Origin: Chloroflexota bacterium
GTDB taxonomy: Bacteria; Chloroflexota; Anaerolineae; UBA1429
Assembly: GCA_012513725.1 (NCBI GenBank)
Contig: JAAZBQ010000155.1
Span: 1-24,944 of the forward strand
DNA length: 24,944 nucleotides
Direction: 5' to 3'
Position 1 is the stretch's first letter. Every line of letters begins with the position of its first letter. The notes beneath the pieces were generated by a model. It ran no database searches, was not told where the DNA came from, and worked only from the letters and a program-made list of their open reading frames with translations. The translations under genes and the position numbers were made by a program. Below, in pieces: positions 1 through 7,925 of this stretch.

Positions 1-406
1 ATTCCTGGGCGGCGGCGGGCGCCGTATAGGCGCCGGCGTGGACGGAGCCCATCGGCACGCTGCCGGCCCAGTAGGCCGGCCAGCCATAGTAGGCGTGCAG
101 GTCGGCCAGCGCCTGCTGAGAGACGGTCTGGGCGAGGTCCACGTCGGGGCTGTCCTCGATCTGGCGCTTGGTCAGCTCGACGGGGATGACCTTCTTTTCC
201 CAATGCAGGGGCATAAAGGAGGCGGGGGAGATGAGCACCTTGCGCCCGGTGAGCCAGCCACCGGTGTCCACGACGGCGTAGCGGACCGTCCAGTTCTCCT
301 CCTCAAAGTAGAGGTCGGTGATCGTGCCGGCCTCGTCCAGTTTGCCCGTCTCCTCATCACGGGCGACGATATCAAAGCCGAATAGGTCACTTACTCTGCG
401 CAGCAT
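1..406 (-). CDS. PRC-barrel domain protein (3' end runs off the window)
   Basis: Not in the ORF track; translated by hand. AGGAGG RBS, then ATG at 406: MLRRVSDLFGFDIVARD...TDLYFEEENWTVRYAVVDTGGWLTGRKVLISP...IEDSPDVD...YYGWPAYW. Open to position 1. Matches the tandem PRC-barrel family pattern. Confidence 0.85.
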   Translation of the reverse strand, partial: MLRRVSDLFGFDIVARDEETGKLDEAGTITDLYFEEENWTVRYAVVDTGGWLTGRKVLISPASFMPLHWEKKVIPVELTKRQIEDSPDVDLAQTVSQQALADLHAYYGWPAYWAGSVPMGSVHAGAYTAPAAAQE

Positions 407-649
407 GTCTTTCCTCCTGGGCCCGCGGTTCGCCGGGGTGGGGAGGGTGCAGGGGCGGATGCGTGCCGCGAGCGGGCACAATGCCGACTCCTCGTCGATG
501 GACAAGCACAACACAGAACGCGCACCGGAGCAGCATGGGCGAGCGAGGTCAGGGGCAGAAAGGGGAGCGTTGCGGCGCGCCGTGCTCCAGATCTCGAGCA
601 GCGGCGGCGAATGCGTATCGATTTGAACAGGCGCAGAGGGCGGTAGCCC

Positions 650-1864
650 TCAGGCGCCGAACTTGGCCAGGCGCAGGCCGTTGGCCAACATCAGGGGCAT
701 CAGGTCCACGGCACGAAAGCGCGGCCCCAGCGCGCCATGCACACAGGCCCGCTCGCCGAACCGTTCGACGTCATCGGCTCGGCAATGGGGCGACCACAGG
801 AGCACCGGTACCGGGTGCCACGAGTGTGCCTTGAGCAGGGCGGGCGTGGAATGATCCCCCGTCACCACCACCACATCGGGCTGTAGGGCCCGCAACCGGG
901 GCACCAGGGCATCCACCTCGGCGATGCGCTCCTTCTTGCGCGCCCAGTCGCCGTCCTCACCCGCCGCGTCGGTGGGCTTGACGTGGACGAAGAACAGATC
1001 GTAATCAGCCCAGTGGCGCTCGAGGACGCCAAACTCCTCGGCGGGCTCGCTGCCGGTCTCCAGCACATCCATGCCCAACAACCGGGCCAGCCCCCGGTAC
1101 ATGGGGTACCCGGCGATGGCCGCGCCGCGCACGCCGTACAGATCCTCGATCGTCGGCCAGTTGGGCTTGCGCGCAAAGCCGCGCAGGAGGAGCATGTTCG
1201 CCGGCTGCCGATCGGCCAGCGCCTCCCGAGCCTGCCGCACAAAATCGGCCACCAGCCGAGCGGTCCGCTTGCCGGCGGAGGAGGAGGCCTTGGGCTCCAG
1301 CACCTGTTCGCCGACCATCTGAGGGTCGGTGTCCTCCACGTCACCGGAGAGCCCGTTGCCGCGCAGCACCAGGAGAAAGCGATAGTCGCGCACCGGCTGG
1401 ATAAAGCAGGTGACGTTGGCCAGCTGCACCTGCTCGCGCAACAGGTCGCACAGCGCCGCACACTGCTCGGTCGAGATGCGCCCGGCGCGGCGATCCAGGA
1501 CGATGAGGTCTTTGTCGACGGTGCAAAAGTTCCCCCGCGCCGCCACATCATGGGGGCCCAGGTCAAACCCCACGCCCAGGGCGGCGAGGGCCCCGCGCCC
1601 CACGTCGTGGCGCAGTGGGTCATAGCCAAAGAGTGCCAGATGCGAGGGACCGCTCCCCGGGGTAACTCCTGGACCGATGGGTTCATGGAGCCCACAGATC
1701 CCCTCTCGCGCCAGCGCGTCGAGGTTGGGCGTCTCGGCGGCCTCGAGCGCCGTGAGCCCGCCGGGCTCCATCGGCAGCCCGCCCAGGCCGTCCATCACCA
1801 GCAGCACGATCTTGGACGTCGCGGGTTGGGCAAGGTCGCGGTAGAACTCCAGATCCAGATCCAT
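650..1864 (-). CDS. apgM: 2,3-bisphosphoglycerate-independent phosphoglycerate mutase (ApgM/archaeal-type iPGM)
   Basis: KIVLLVMDGLGG, TPNLDALA, PGSGPSHLALFGYDP, HVKPTDAAGEDG, VTGDHSTP, HSWHPVP motifs; AGGAG RBS. Confidence 0.93.
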   Translation of the reverse strand: MDLDLEFYRDLAQPATSKIVLLVMDGLGGLPMEPGGLTALEAAETPNLDALAREGICGLHEPIGPGVTPGSGPSHLALFGYDPLRHDVGRGALAALGVGFDLGPHDVAARGNFCTVDKDLIVLDRRAGRISTEQCAALCDLLREQVQLANVTCFIQPVRDYRFLLVLRGNGLSGDVEDTDPQMVGEQVLEPKASSSAGKRTARLVADFVRQAREALADRQPANMLLLRGFARKPNWPTIEDLYGVRGAAIAGYPMYRGLARLLGMDVLETGSEPAEEFGVLERHWADYDLFFVHVKPTDAAGEDGDWARKKERIAEVDALVPRLRALQPDVVVVTGDHSTPALLKAHSWHPVPVLLWSPHCRADDVERFGERACVHGALGPRFRAVDLMPLMLANGLRLAKFGA

Positions 1865-1955
1865 ACCGACTGCTCCTCATCGTCACAGCGGTAACGTATA
1901 GGTTCTTGTAGTTTACTCTATCCGCAGGTGCGTGCGCAAATGCTGCGCGAGGGGG

Positions 1956-2408
1956 CTAGCCCTCGGGCTCAAACCGCACCGGCACCTGCCGACGCCGGAA
2001 CTCCTCACGCTTGGGCAGGCGCACCTGGAGGACGCCCTGCTCCAGGCGGGCCTGTATGGCGTCGGTGTCCAGGCCGCGGGGCAGGATGATCGTGCGCTGC
2101 GAGGTTCCGTAACGGCGCTCGCGGACGAGGGGACGGGCGGCGAGGAACTCCTCGTTCGGCCGGGTCTCCCCAGAGATGGTCAGCGCGTCGGAGGTCACGG
2201 AGATCTGCACATCCTCCTCGGCAACGCCGGGCATCACGGCGCTGATGATCACCTCGGTGTCCGTTTCGTATATATCGACTGCGACGTAGGGGCCGAGGGC
2301 GACGCGTTCCGTTGCGCCCGGGCGCCCAAAGCTCTCGTTCACCAGGCGGTTCATGGCCTCGTGCAGCGTGATCATGTCGCGCAGCGGATCCCATCTGCTG
2401 ATCGTCAC
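1956..2408 (-). CDS. Hsp20/alpha-crystallin small heat shock protein
   Basis: GGAGGAG RBS before GTG at 2408. SRWDPLRDMITLHEAMNRL N-terminus, VDIYET...PGV..EDVQISV, ERRYGTSQRTIILP, A.LEQGVL.V.LPK, C-terminal VPV (IXI-type) motif. Confidence 0.92.
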   Translation of the reverse strand: MTISRWDPLRDMITLHEAMNRLVNESFGRPGATERVALGPYVAVDIYETDTEVIISAVMPGVAEEDVQISVTSDALTISGETRPNEEFLAARPLVRERRYGTSQRTIILPRGLDTDAIQARLEQGVLQVRLPKREEFRRRQVPVRFEPEG

Positions 2409-2551
2409 GGTTCTCCTCCCGGCGCCTGCCGGCTGCCGCCAGACATCACAAGGGGGCCCGCGGGACCCCCCCAAGGCGGACACCGCGCGAGCCACATGGC
2501 GCTCGCCACCGGTCCGGCGGCACCACCGGCCCGCTGACAGGCCCTGCCCAT

Positions 2552-2560
2552 AGCATATCA
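2552..2560 (-). promoter_or_regulatory. Candidate extended -10 promoter (TGnTATGCT) for the Hsp20 gene
   Basis: Minus strand TGATATGCT about 145 nt upstream of the start codon; no good -35 at 17 bp. Confidence 0.35.
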
Positions 2561-2739
2561 GAAACGCGCACGGTTTCCTGGTGCAATGGGTTGGCAGTGC
2601 CGTTGCGCCGGGTTGCGCCGCGTTGGATATGCGTTGGAGGTCGTGGGCACCGCCGCGGTACGAGTGGATGTGCCTGTATTCCCTCCGTATCGGTCGTTAT
2701 GGGTCGGGCTCCGCCCGAATGGGCTCTCCTGTGCCGCGG

Positions 2740-2768
2740 TTGACAGGCGCGGCGCATCGTGATAAACT
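2740..2768 (+). promoter_or_regulatory. Sigma70-type promoter upstream of rpsC
   Basis: TTGACA (2740-2745), 17 bp, TAAACT (2763-2768), with TG at 2760-2761 (extended -10). Confidence 0.75.
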
Positions 2769-3021
2769 CTCGCCCATAGAGCGGCGGGACGAACGCGCGC
2801 CGGCCATCGGCCGGCAGCGCTGGCGAGCCCGGGCCCTCGGTGGATCGGCCCGGGTCGGCGTGGAGTACGGACTCGGCTTCTTCTGAGCTTCCCACACCTG
2901 GCTCGTCCGCCGAGCGGCTGTTGGCGGGTATACGAGTTGTGGCGCCGATCGATCCCTTGGCTTCTATGGGGCAGGGGCGCCGCGCAGCGTGACGAGTGGG
3001 TACGGAGGTCAGGAGGAGACT

Positions 3022-3702
3022 ATGGGTCGCAAGGTCAACCCTATTGGGTACCGATTGGGTATCATCAAGGATTGGGATTCCAAGTGGTTCGCGGAGGGCG
3101 AGGACTATGCCGCGAACCTTCGCCAGGACTATCAGATCCGCGAACTCGTCCACAATTTCCTCGGGCGGGCGAGTATCTCGCGGATTTTCATCGAGCGCTA
3201 TCCGACGCGCCTGTCGGTCAAGATCATGACGGCCAAGCCCGGTGTGGTGATCGGTCGGCGCGGCTCGACGATCAACGCCCTCAAGGCCGAGCTGGAAAAG
3301 CTCACCGGGATCACGGGCAACAAGCTGCGGGTCGACGTGGAAGAAGTCCGCCAGCCCGATCTCGACGCCAACATCGTGGCCGAGAGCGTGGCCGAGCAGC
3401 TGGAGCGGCGCGTCTCGCAGCGGCGGGCCATGCGCCGGGCGATGCAGCAGGCCATGCGCGGCGGCGCCGAGGGCATCCGCATCATGTGCAAGGGACGCCT
3501 GTCCGGCTCGGAGATGGGCCGCACCGACTGGGTGCGCGAGGGCCGTGTGCCGCTCCACACCCTGCGGGCGGATATCGATTATGGCACCGCCGAGGCCTCG
3601 ACGACCTTTGGCAAGATCGGGGTCAAGGTCTGGGTGTATCGGGGCGAGGTGCTGCCGGGCATGGAGCAGGCCGAGGGCGAGGCGGCCACCACCGCCCGTT
3701 AG
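3022..3702 (+). CDS. rpsC: 30S ribosomal protein S3 (stand-alone copy)
   Basis: AGGAGGAG RBS. MGRKVNPIGYRLGIIKDWDSKWFA, KH-domain TAKPGVVIGRRG, GIRIMCKGRLSGSEM, EGRVPLHTLRADIDYG, TTFGKIGVKVWVY. Confidence 0.97.
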   Translation: MGRKVNPIGYRLGIIKDWDSKWFAEGEDYAANLRQDYQIRELVHNFLGRASISRIFIERYPTRLSVKIMTAKPGVVIGRRGSTINALKAELEKLTGITGNKLRVDVEEVRQPDLDANIVAESVAEQLERRVSQRRAMRRAMQQAMRGGAEGIRIMCKGRLSGSEMGRTDWVREGRVPLHTLRADIDYGTAEASTTFGKIGVKVWVYRGEVLPGMEQAEGEAATTAR

Positions 3703-3721
3703 GGATACATGCGCCTGGCGG

Positions 3722-3775
3722 GAGGGCGGCGAGAGTCTCCGGGGTACCGGGGCTTCTCGCCGCCCTCTCTTGTTG
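3722..3775 (+). terminator. Intrinsic terminator after rpsC
   Basis: GAGGGCGGCGAGA pairs with TCTCGCCGCCCTC (13 bp), inner CCGG-GGTA-CCGG hairpin, followed by TCTTGTT. Confidence 0.7.
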
Positions 3776-3876
3776 CTGGGTGAGCGTTACGCGCGCTGGT
3801 GTCGCGTCTGGCGCTATTCCTCCACGGCTTGGTCACTCATCTCGGAGGTGCCACGTGGGCTGCGCCTTGATGACTG

Positions 3877-4188
3877 TTGCCCCTGCTCCATGCACTGTAT
3901 GTTTTCACTCCTTGGATCAGTGCGACGGTGATAGGTATCACGCCTGCCCAGTGGACGGTCCTGGCTGCCCTGGGACAGCTATTCGCCGGTTTCCTCACGG
4001 TAGTGAGGACTGCGCAAGCGTCGTGGGCTATGGCTCTTGCGTCCAGGCCGTTGAGGCTAGCCGTCGATCCCGACTTTTCGTTCTGGGGCACCCAGTACCT
4101 GAGCATCGTGAACCAGCCTTATGCCAGAGTTGAACTGGTCTTCGTCAATGCTAGATCTGGGATGACGCGCAGATCACATCTCGGCTAG
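3877..4188 (+). CDS. Possible small hypothetical protein or gene fragment with an N-terminal hydrophobic helix
   Basis: 103-aa ORF with a TM-like segment (QWTVLAALGQLFAGFLTVV); start codon and RBS unclear; lies in the low-GC islet. Confidence 0.3.
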   Translation: MPLLHALYVFTPWISATVIGITPAQWTVLAALGQLFAGFLTVVRTAQASWAMALASRPLRLAVDPDFSFWGTQYLSIVNQPYARVELVFVNARSGMTRRSHLG

Positions 4189-4250
4189 AGCCTCGGTGGA
4201 GTGGCTGTGCTGGAAGGTTGGCCTATGACTCGATTAGCGTTACGGGTGCG

Positions 4251-4910
4251 CTACTCGTAGGGGGAAAACCTAGCCACTACGTTCGGCCACTCGTACTTCA
4301 GATCCGCAAAGCAGGGTAGCCAGGATTCCTCGTCAAGTTCCTCCTCGGTCAACGTGATGTCGGTGCTCTTCCCACACTTGAGCGCGTGCAGTCGGTACGC
4401 GTTCACAAAGTTCTGCTCGCTCGCTGTGAGTCCACCGCTGTACCCGAGTGCTCGTGCTACAGCGTGTAGCCGGTACGCCTGTACCCACTCTATGACATAC
4501 CCCAGCAGTACTGCTGCTAGCCTGCCAGCGAGATAAGCCAGTGCCCCTGTCCAGCCGCTCACCACGTAGCCCATAGTCACTCCTGCTAACAAGAAAAAGC
4601 CATAGCCGGTAACATAACTCATGATAGTGGCGAGTGGCACAAGTCCTGGTAGAAACAGCCCAATCGCATTCATGATCATGCCGATGACATGCCCGCCAGC
4701 TACGACTGCTCCTAGCTGTAGTGGGGCTAAGCCGAAGGCATATCCAGCTACGCCGCCTGCGAACGAGAGCAGCCCTGGGATCGTCTCGATTCCCTCAGTT
4801 GTCTTCAGGATTCGGAAGGCCGATACATGGGGATGAAGCCGAGCCATCAGTGCGAAGGCATCGCGCACTGGGACTCGTATTTTTAGGCCGCGGGGTGTGT
4901 AGATGGACAT
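4251..4910 (-). CDS. Hypothetical multi-pass membrane protein (219 aa)
   Basis: GGAGGAG RBS 2 nt before ATG at 4910 (MSIYTPRGLKIR). About 4-5 hydrophobic segments and a soluble acidic C-terminal part. No family recognised. Confidence 0.7.
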   Translation of the reverse strand: MSIYTPRGLKIRVPVRDAFALMARLHPHVSAFRILKTTEGIETIPGLLSFAGGVAGYAFGLAPLQLGAVVAGGHVIGMIMNAIGLFLPGLVPLATIMSYVTGYGFFLLAGVTMGYVVSGWTGALAYLAGRLAAVLLGYVIEWVQAYRLHAVARALGYSGGLTASEQNFVNAYRLHALKCGKSTDITLTEEELDEESWLPCFADLKYEWPNVVARFSPYE

Positions 4911-5196
4911 AGCTCCTCCGACTACTGGTTCGTTCCGGTGTAGGCCACGACTGTATCGATATCGGACATCAACCTGCAGCGCTGCCCCATTTTGGCTGAT
5001 CTCTGCATGCCAAGTATACATCTAGATGTGTGCCTCAAGTAGGATTCTGCCGCTCATGCCGACTTAAACCGACATCTAGTGGTTGATGTCTGTGCGATGA
5101 GAGAAGTCGCTCCTCTGGTCCTAGGCCTGACTAGGGCGAGGCTTTCATGTGTTGGATGCACCACCCTTCAGTCCTACAAGGAACCAGAAAGCCCAG

Positions 5197-5225
5197 TTGA
5201 CACCCCGAGTCCCCGGCCCTACAAT
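5197..5225 (+). promoter_or_regulatory. Sigma70-type promoter of the yigZ unit
   Basis: TTGACA (5197-5202), 17 bp, TACAAT (5220-5225). Confidence 0.75.
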
Positions 5226-5252
5226 GCCGCCTGTCATTCTCCAGGGGGTTTC

Positions 5253-5924
5253 ATGCTAGGTGAAACGGACGCGGGGCCGGCCCCCGCCTACCGCTACCGA
5301 ACGCCGGCGGGCACTGCCGAGGCCGAGATGGTCATCAAGCGCTCGACCTTTATCGGTACGGCGGGCCCGGCGGCCGACGCCGCGTCGGCCGAGGCCTTTG
5401 TCGCCCGGGTGCGCGAGCGTTCCCCGGATGCCAACCACCACGCCTGGGCGTACCGCTTGGGGGGCGCCTGCGGGCAGGCTGAGATCGGCTCCTCCGACGA
5501 CGGCGAACCGGGAGGCACCGCAGGGCGCCCCATGCTGGCGATCCTAGAGGGCAGCGGCCTGCAGGAGATCGTCGTGGTGGGTACCCGCTATTTCGGCGGG
5601 ATCAAGCTCGGCACCGGCGGCCTGGTGCGCGCTTATAGCGCAGCCGCTCGAGAGGCGCTCAAGGCGCTGCCGGTCGAGGAACGGGTGCTGCACGAGGTGT
5701 ACACGTTCTCCGTCGATTACGCCCGGTACGGGGCCCTCCACTACCTGCTCCCCCAGCAGGGCGTGCGCGTGGAGGAGGAGGCGTTTGCCGAGCAGGTGAC
5801 GTTGCGTGTCGCCGTGCCCGCCGAGGCCCACGACGCCGTCGCCGAGATGCTGCGGGAGGCGACGAACGGAGAGGTAAACCTCGCCGACGAGCCGGAGCGC
5901 CGGCGCTACTATGCCGAGGAATAG
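5253..5924 (+). CDS. yigZ: YigZ/IMPACT family protein
   Basis: IKRSTFIG, ANHHAWAYR, SSDDGEPGGTAGRPML, VVGTRYFGGIKLGTGGLVRAY motifs. Start placed at ATG 5253, downstream of the promoter. Confidence 0.92.
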   Translation: MLGETDAGPAPAYRYRTPAGTAEAEMVIKRSTFIGTAGPAADAASAEAFVARVRERSPDANHHAWAYRLGGACGQAEIGSSDDGEPGGTAGRPMLAILEGSGLQEIVVVGTRYFGGIKLGTGGLVRAYSAAAREALKALPVEERVLHEVYTFSVDYARYGALHYLLPQQGVRVEEEAFAEQVTLRVAVPAEAHDAVAEMLREATNGEVNLADEPERRRYYAEE

Positions 5925-5937
5925 GCACGAGCCGCCG

Positions 5938-6912
5938 ATGCGAACGTGTTGCGGGTCCCCGCTGGCCAGCGTCCTGCTGGCGACCAGCGTCCTGCTGGCG
6001 ATGTGCCTCCTGGCCGTGGGCTGCGGTCCCCGCCACGAGGGGGCCGCGATCGTGGTTGCGGCGGGCAGGGGCGAGGAGGCCGACCTCCTCGCCGATCTGA
6101 CGCTCGGGCTGCTCCGCGAGAACGGCTACCCCGTCCAGGCCCGCACGGGCCTCGGCGCCCTCAGCGCGGTGCGCGCCGCCATCGCCGGGGGGCGGGCCGA
6201 CCTCTACTGGGCCTATACGGCGGAGACCTGGCGCCACAGCCTGGCCCACCACGAGCCGGTGGCCGATGCCCGGGTGCTCTTTGAGCGGGTGGCCCTGGAG
6301 GATGGCGAGGCAGGGATCGTGTGGTTGGGGCCGGCATCGGTCGCCTCGCGGCCGACGCTGGTCGTCACCCGAGACTTGGCCGAGGCTGCCGGGCTGCGCC
6401 GCACCAGCGACCTCGTGCGCTACCAGGATGCCGTGAACCCCTACCTGCGCGTCTGCGCGCCGCAGGACATGCAGGGGCTGGCCGAGGGCGTCCGCGGGCT
6501 CGAGCGGGTGTACGGGTTGCGCTTTGAGCGTCGCATCGTCACCCTGCCGGTGGGGGAGGGCTATCGCGCGCTGGAGGCCGACGAGTGCGACTGCGCGCTG
6601 GGGCATACGTCCGACGTCGCGGTGCGCCTGGGAGATCTGACGGCGCTGGACGACGACCGGCGCTTCTTTCCGCCCTCCGAGTTGGCCCTCGGCGTGCGGC
6701 AGGAGCAACTGGAGGCCTACCCCGATCTGGAGGCGCTGCTGGTGCGCCTCGTCGAGGCCCTCGACGAGGATACGCTGGCCACCCTGCAGCGCCAGGTGAT
6801 CGTGCAGGAGATGGATCGGCAGGTGGCCGTCCGCGCATTCTTGAGAAGGAACGAGTTGTTGCCCAGCTGGCCGGTGCTTTCCGGCGGTTGGAGCGCCCGC
6901 GACAGCGGGTGA
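5938..6912 (+). CDS. ABC transporter substrate-binding lipoprotein, OsmF/OpuCC/ProX (glycine betaine-type) fold
   Basis: Signal peptide with lipobox LAVGC. LLRENGYPV...GLG....RAAIAGGRADLYWAYT, YRAL...E.D, LDDDRRFFPP, YPDLEALL motifs. Confidence 0.75.
   Translation: MRTCCGSPLASVLLATSVLLAMCLLAVGCGPRHEGAAIVVAAGRGEEADLLADLTLGLLRENGYPVQARTGLGALSAVRAAIAGGRADLYWAYTAETWRHSLAHHEPVADARVLFERVALEDGEAGIVWLGPASVASRPTLVVTRDLAEAAGLRRTSDLVRYQDAVNPYLRVCAPQDMQGLAEGVRGLERVYGLRFERRIVTLPVGEGYRALEADECDCALGHTSDVAVRLGDLTALDDDRRFFPPSELALGVRQEQLEAYPDLEALLVRLVEALDEDTLATLQRQVIVQEMDRQVAVRAFLRRNELLPSWPVLSGGWSARDSG
5966..6001 (+). repeat. Perfect 18-bp tandem duplication (CCAGCGTCCTGCTGGCGA x2) in the signal-peptide coding region
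   Basis: Seen directly at 5966-5983 and 5984-6001; in frame. Confidence 0.95.
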
Positions 6913-6969
6913 CGTGATACGCCCCGTGGGCACCCTGGCCCAACGGCATCGACCCGGAGGAAGATCCCG

Positions 6970-7812
6970 ATGCAGACTGTCATCCGAAGCAACGCCCAAG
7001 AGGTCATCATCAGCCCCGAGCACCCGACGGTGATCATCGGTGAGCGCATCAACCCCACGGGGAAGAAGCGGCTGGCCCAGGCCCTCGCCGACAAGGACAT
7101 GGAGCGCGTTCGCCGCCTGGCCCTGTCTCAGGTGGCCGATGGGGCCGCGGTCCTCGACGTGAACGTGGGCGCCGCGGGCATCGACGAGGTGGAACTCCTC
7201 CCCATGGCCGTCCGCGCCGTGATGGAGGCCACCGACGTGCCGTTGTGCCTCGACTCGGCGAACGCCGAGGCGCTGCGCGCGGGGCTGGAGGCCTATGAGG
7301 GCAAGGCGCTGATCAACTCGGTGAACGGTGAAGAGGCGTCGCTGGCCCGCGTGCTGCCCCTGGCGCAAGAGTATGGCGCGGCCGTCATCGGCCTGTGCAT
7401 GGACGACGATGGCATCCCCTCCACCATCGAGGGGCGGGTGGCGGTGGCGCAAAAGATCGTCGAGCGCGCCGCCTCGTTCGGCATCCCGGCCGAGGACGTG
7501 GTGATCGACTGCCTGGCGATGAGCGTGTGCACCGACGCCGCCGCGGGCCGGGTGACCCTGGAGGCCATCCGTGCGGTGCGCGAGACGCTGGGCGTGAACA
7601 TGACCCTGGGGGCCAGCAACGTCTCCTTTGGCCTGCCCGACCGCGAGGCCATCAACGAGATGTTTATCGCCATGGCCATGCAGAACGGGATGAATGCCCC
7701 CATCGTGAACCCGACCCAGGCTCGCAAGGGGATCCTGATCGCCGACCTGCTGTTGGGGCTCGACGAGTACGCCATGCGCTACGTCGGCTATGTGCGCTCG
7801 CAGCGCAAGTAG
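6970..7812 (+). CDS. Methyltetrahydrofolate:corrinoid methyltransferase (stand-alone pterin-binding domain, AcsE/MtgA/MetH-like)
   Basis: IIGERINPTGKK, LDVNVG, PLCLDS, LINSVNGE, TLGASNVSFGLPDR...IN..F motifs; GAGGA RBS. Confidence 0.88.
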   Translation: MQTVIRSNAQEVIISPEHPTVIIGERINPTGKKRLAQALADKDMERVRRLALSQVADGAAVLDVNVGAAGIDEVELLPMAVRAVMEATDVPLCLDSANAEALRAGLEAYEGKALINSVNGEEASLARVLPLAQEYGAAVIGLCMDDDGIPSTIEGRVAVAQKIVERAASFGIPAEDVVIDCLAMSVCTDAAAGRVTLEAIRAVRETLGVNMTLGASNVSFGLPDREAINEMFIAMAMQNGMNAPIVNPTQARKGILIADLLLGLDEYAMRYVGYVRSQRK

Positions 7813-7856
7813 CGCCCCACCCACGCCAGCACGCCCCCCAACGATGGGGTGAAACG

Positions 7857-7890
7857 CCACGGGCCGCGTATCGCGCGGCCCGTGGTTCTG
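7857..7890 (+). terminator. Terminator-like hairpin between the methyltransferase and hydantoinase-like genes
   Basis: Perfect 12-bp stem CCACGGGCCGCG/CGCGGCCCGTGG, 5-nt loop, short TTCTG tail. Confidence 0.55.
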
Positions 7891-7925
7891 TCGGAAGGCT
7901 ATAGGTTGTGAACGAGGAGGGACGG

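Noticed and set aside
2409-2740. CIRCE or HAIR heat-shock operator upstream of hsp20
   Set aside because: No TTAGCACTC-N9-GAGTGCTAA or CTTGAGT-N7-ACTCAAG match on either strand.
2900-3021. Possible rplV remnant upstream of rpsC
   Set aside because: The translations I checked show no L22-like C-terminal sequence.
2446-4133. Long ORFs overlapping rpsC (2446-3558 minus; 2937-4133 plus, with a Cys-rich tail after GGAGGTG at about 3844)
   Set aside because: Alternative frames of rpsC. The Cys richness is explained as the shifted frame of Leu (CTG) codons in the hydrophobic 3877-4188 ORF, and no metal-binding motif pattern is evident.
4911-5021. Longer N-terminus for the islet membrane protein (ORF-track start 5021)
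   Set aside because: The strong RBS sits at ATG 4910, and the upstream segment contains promoter- and operator-like elements.
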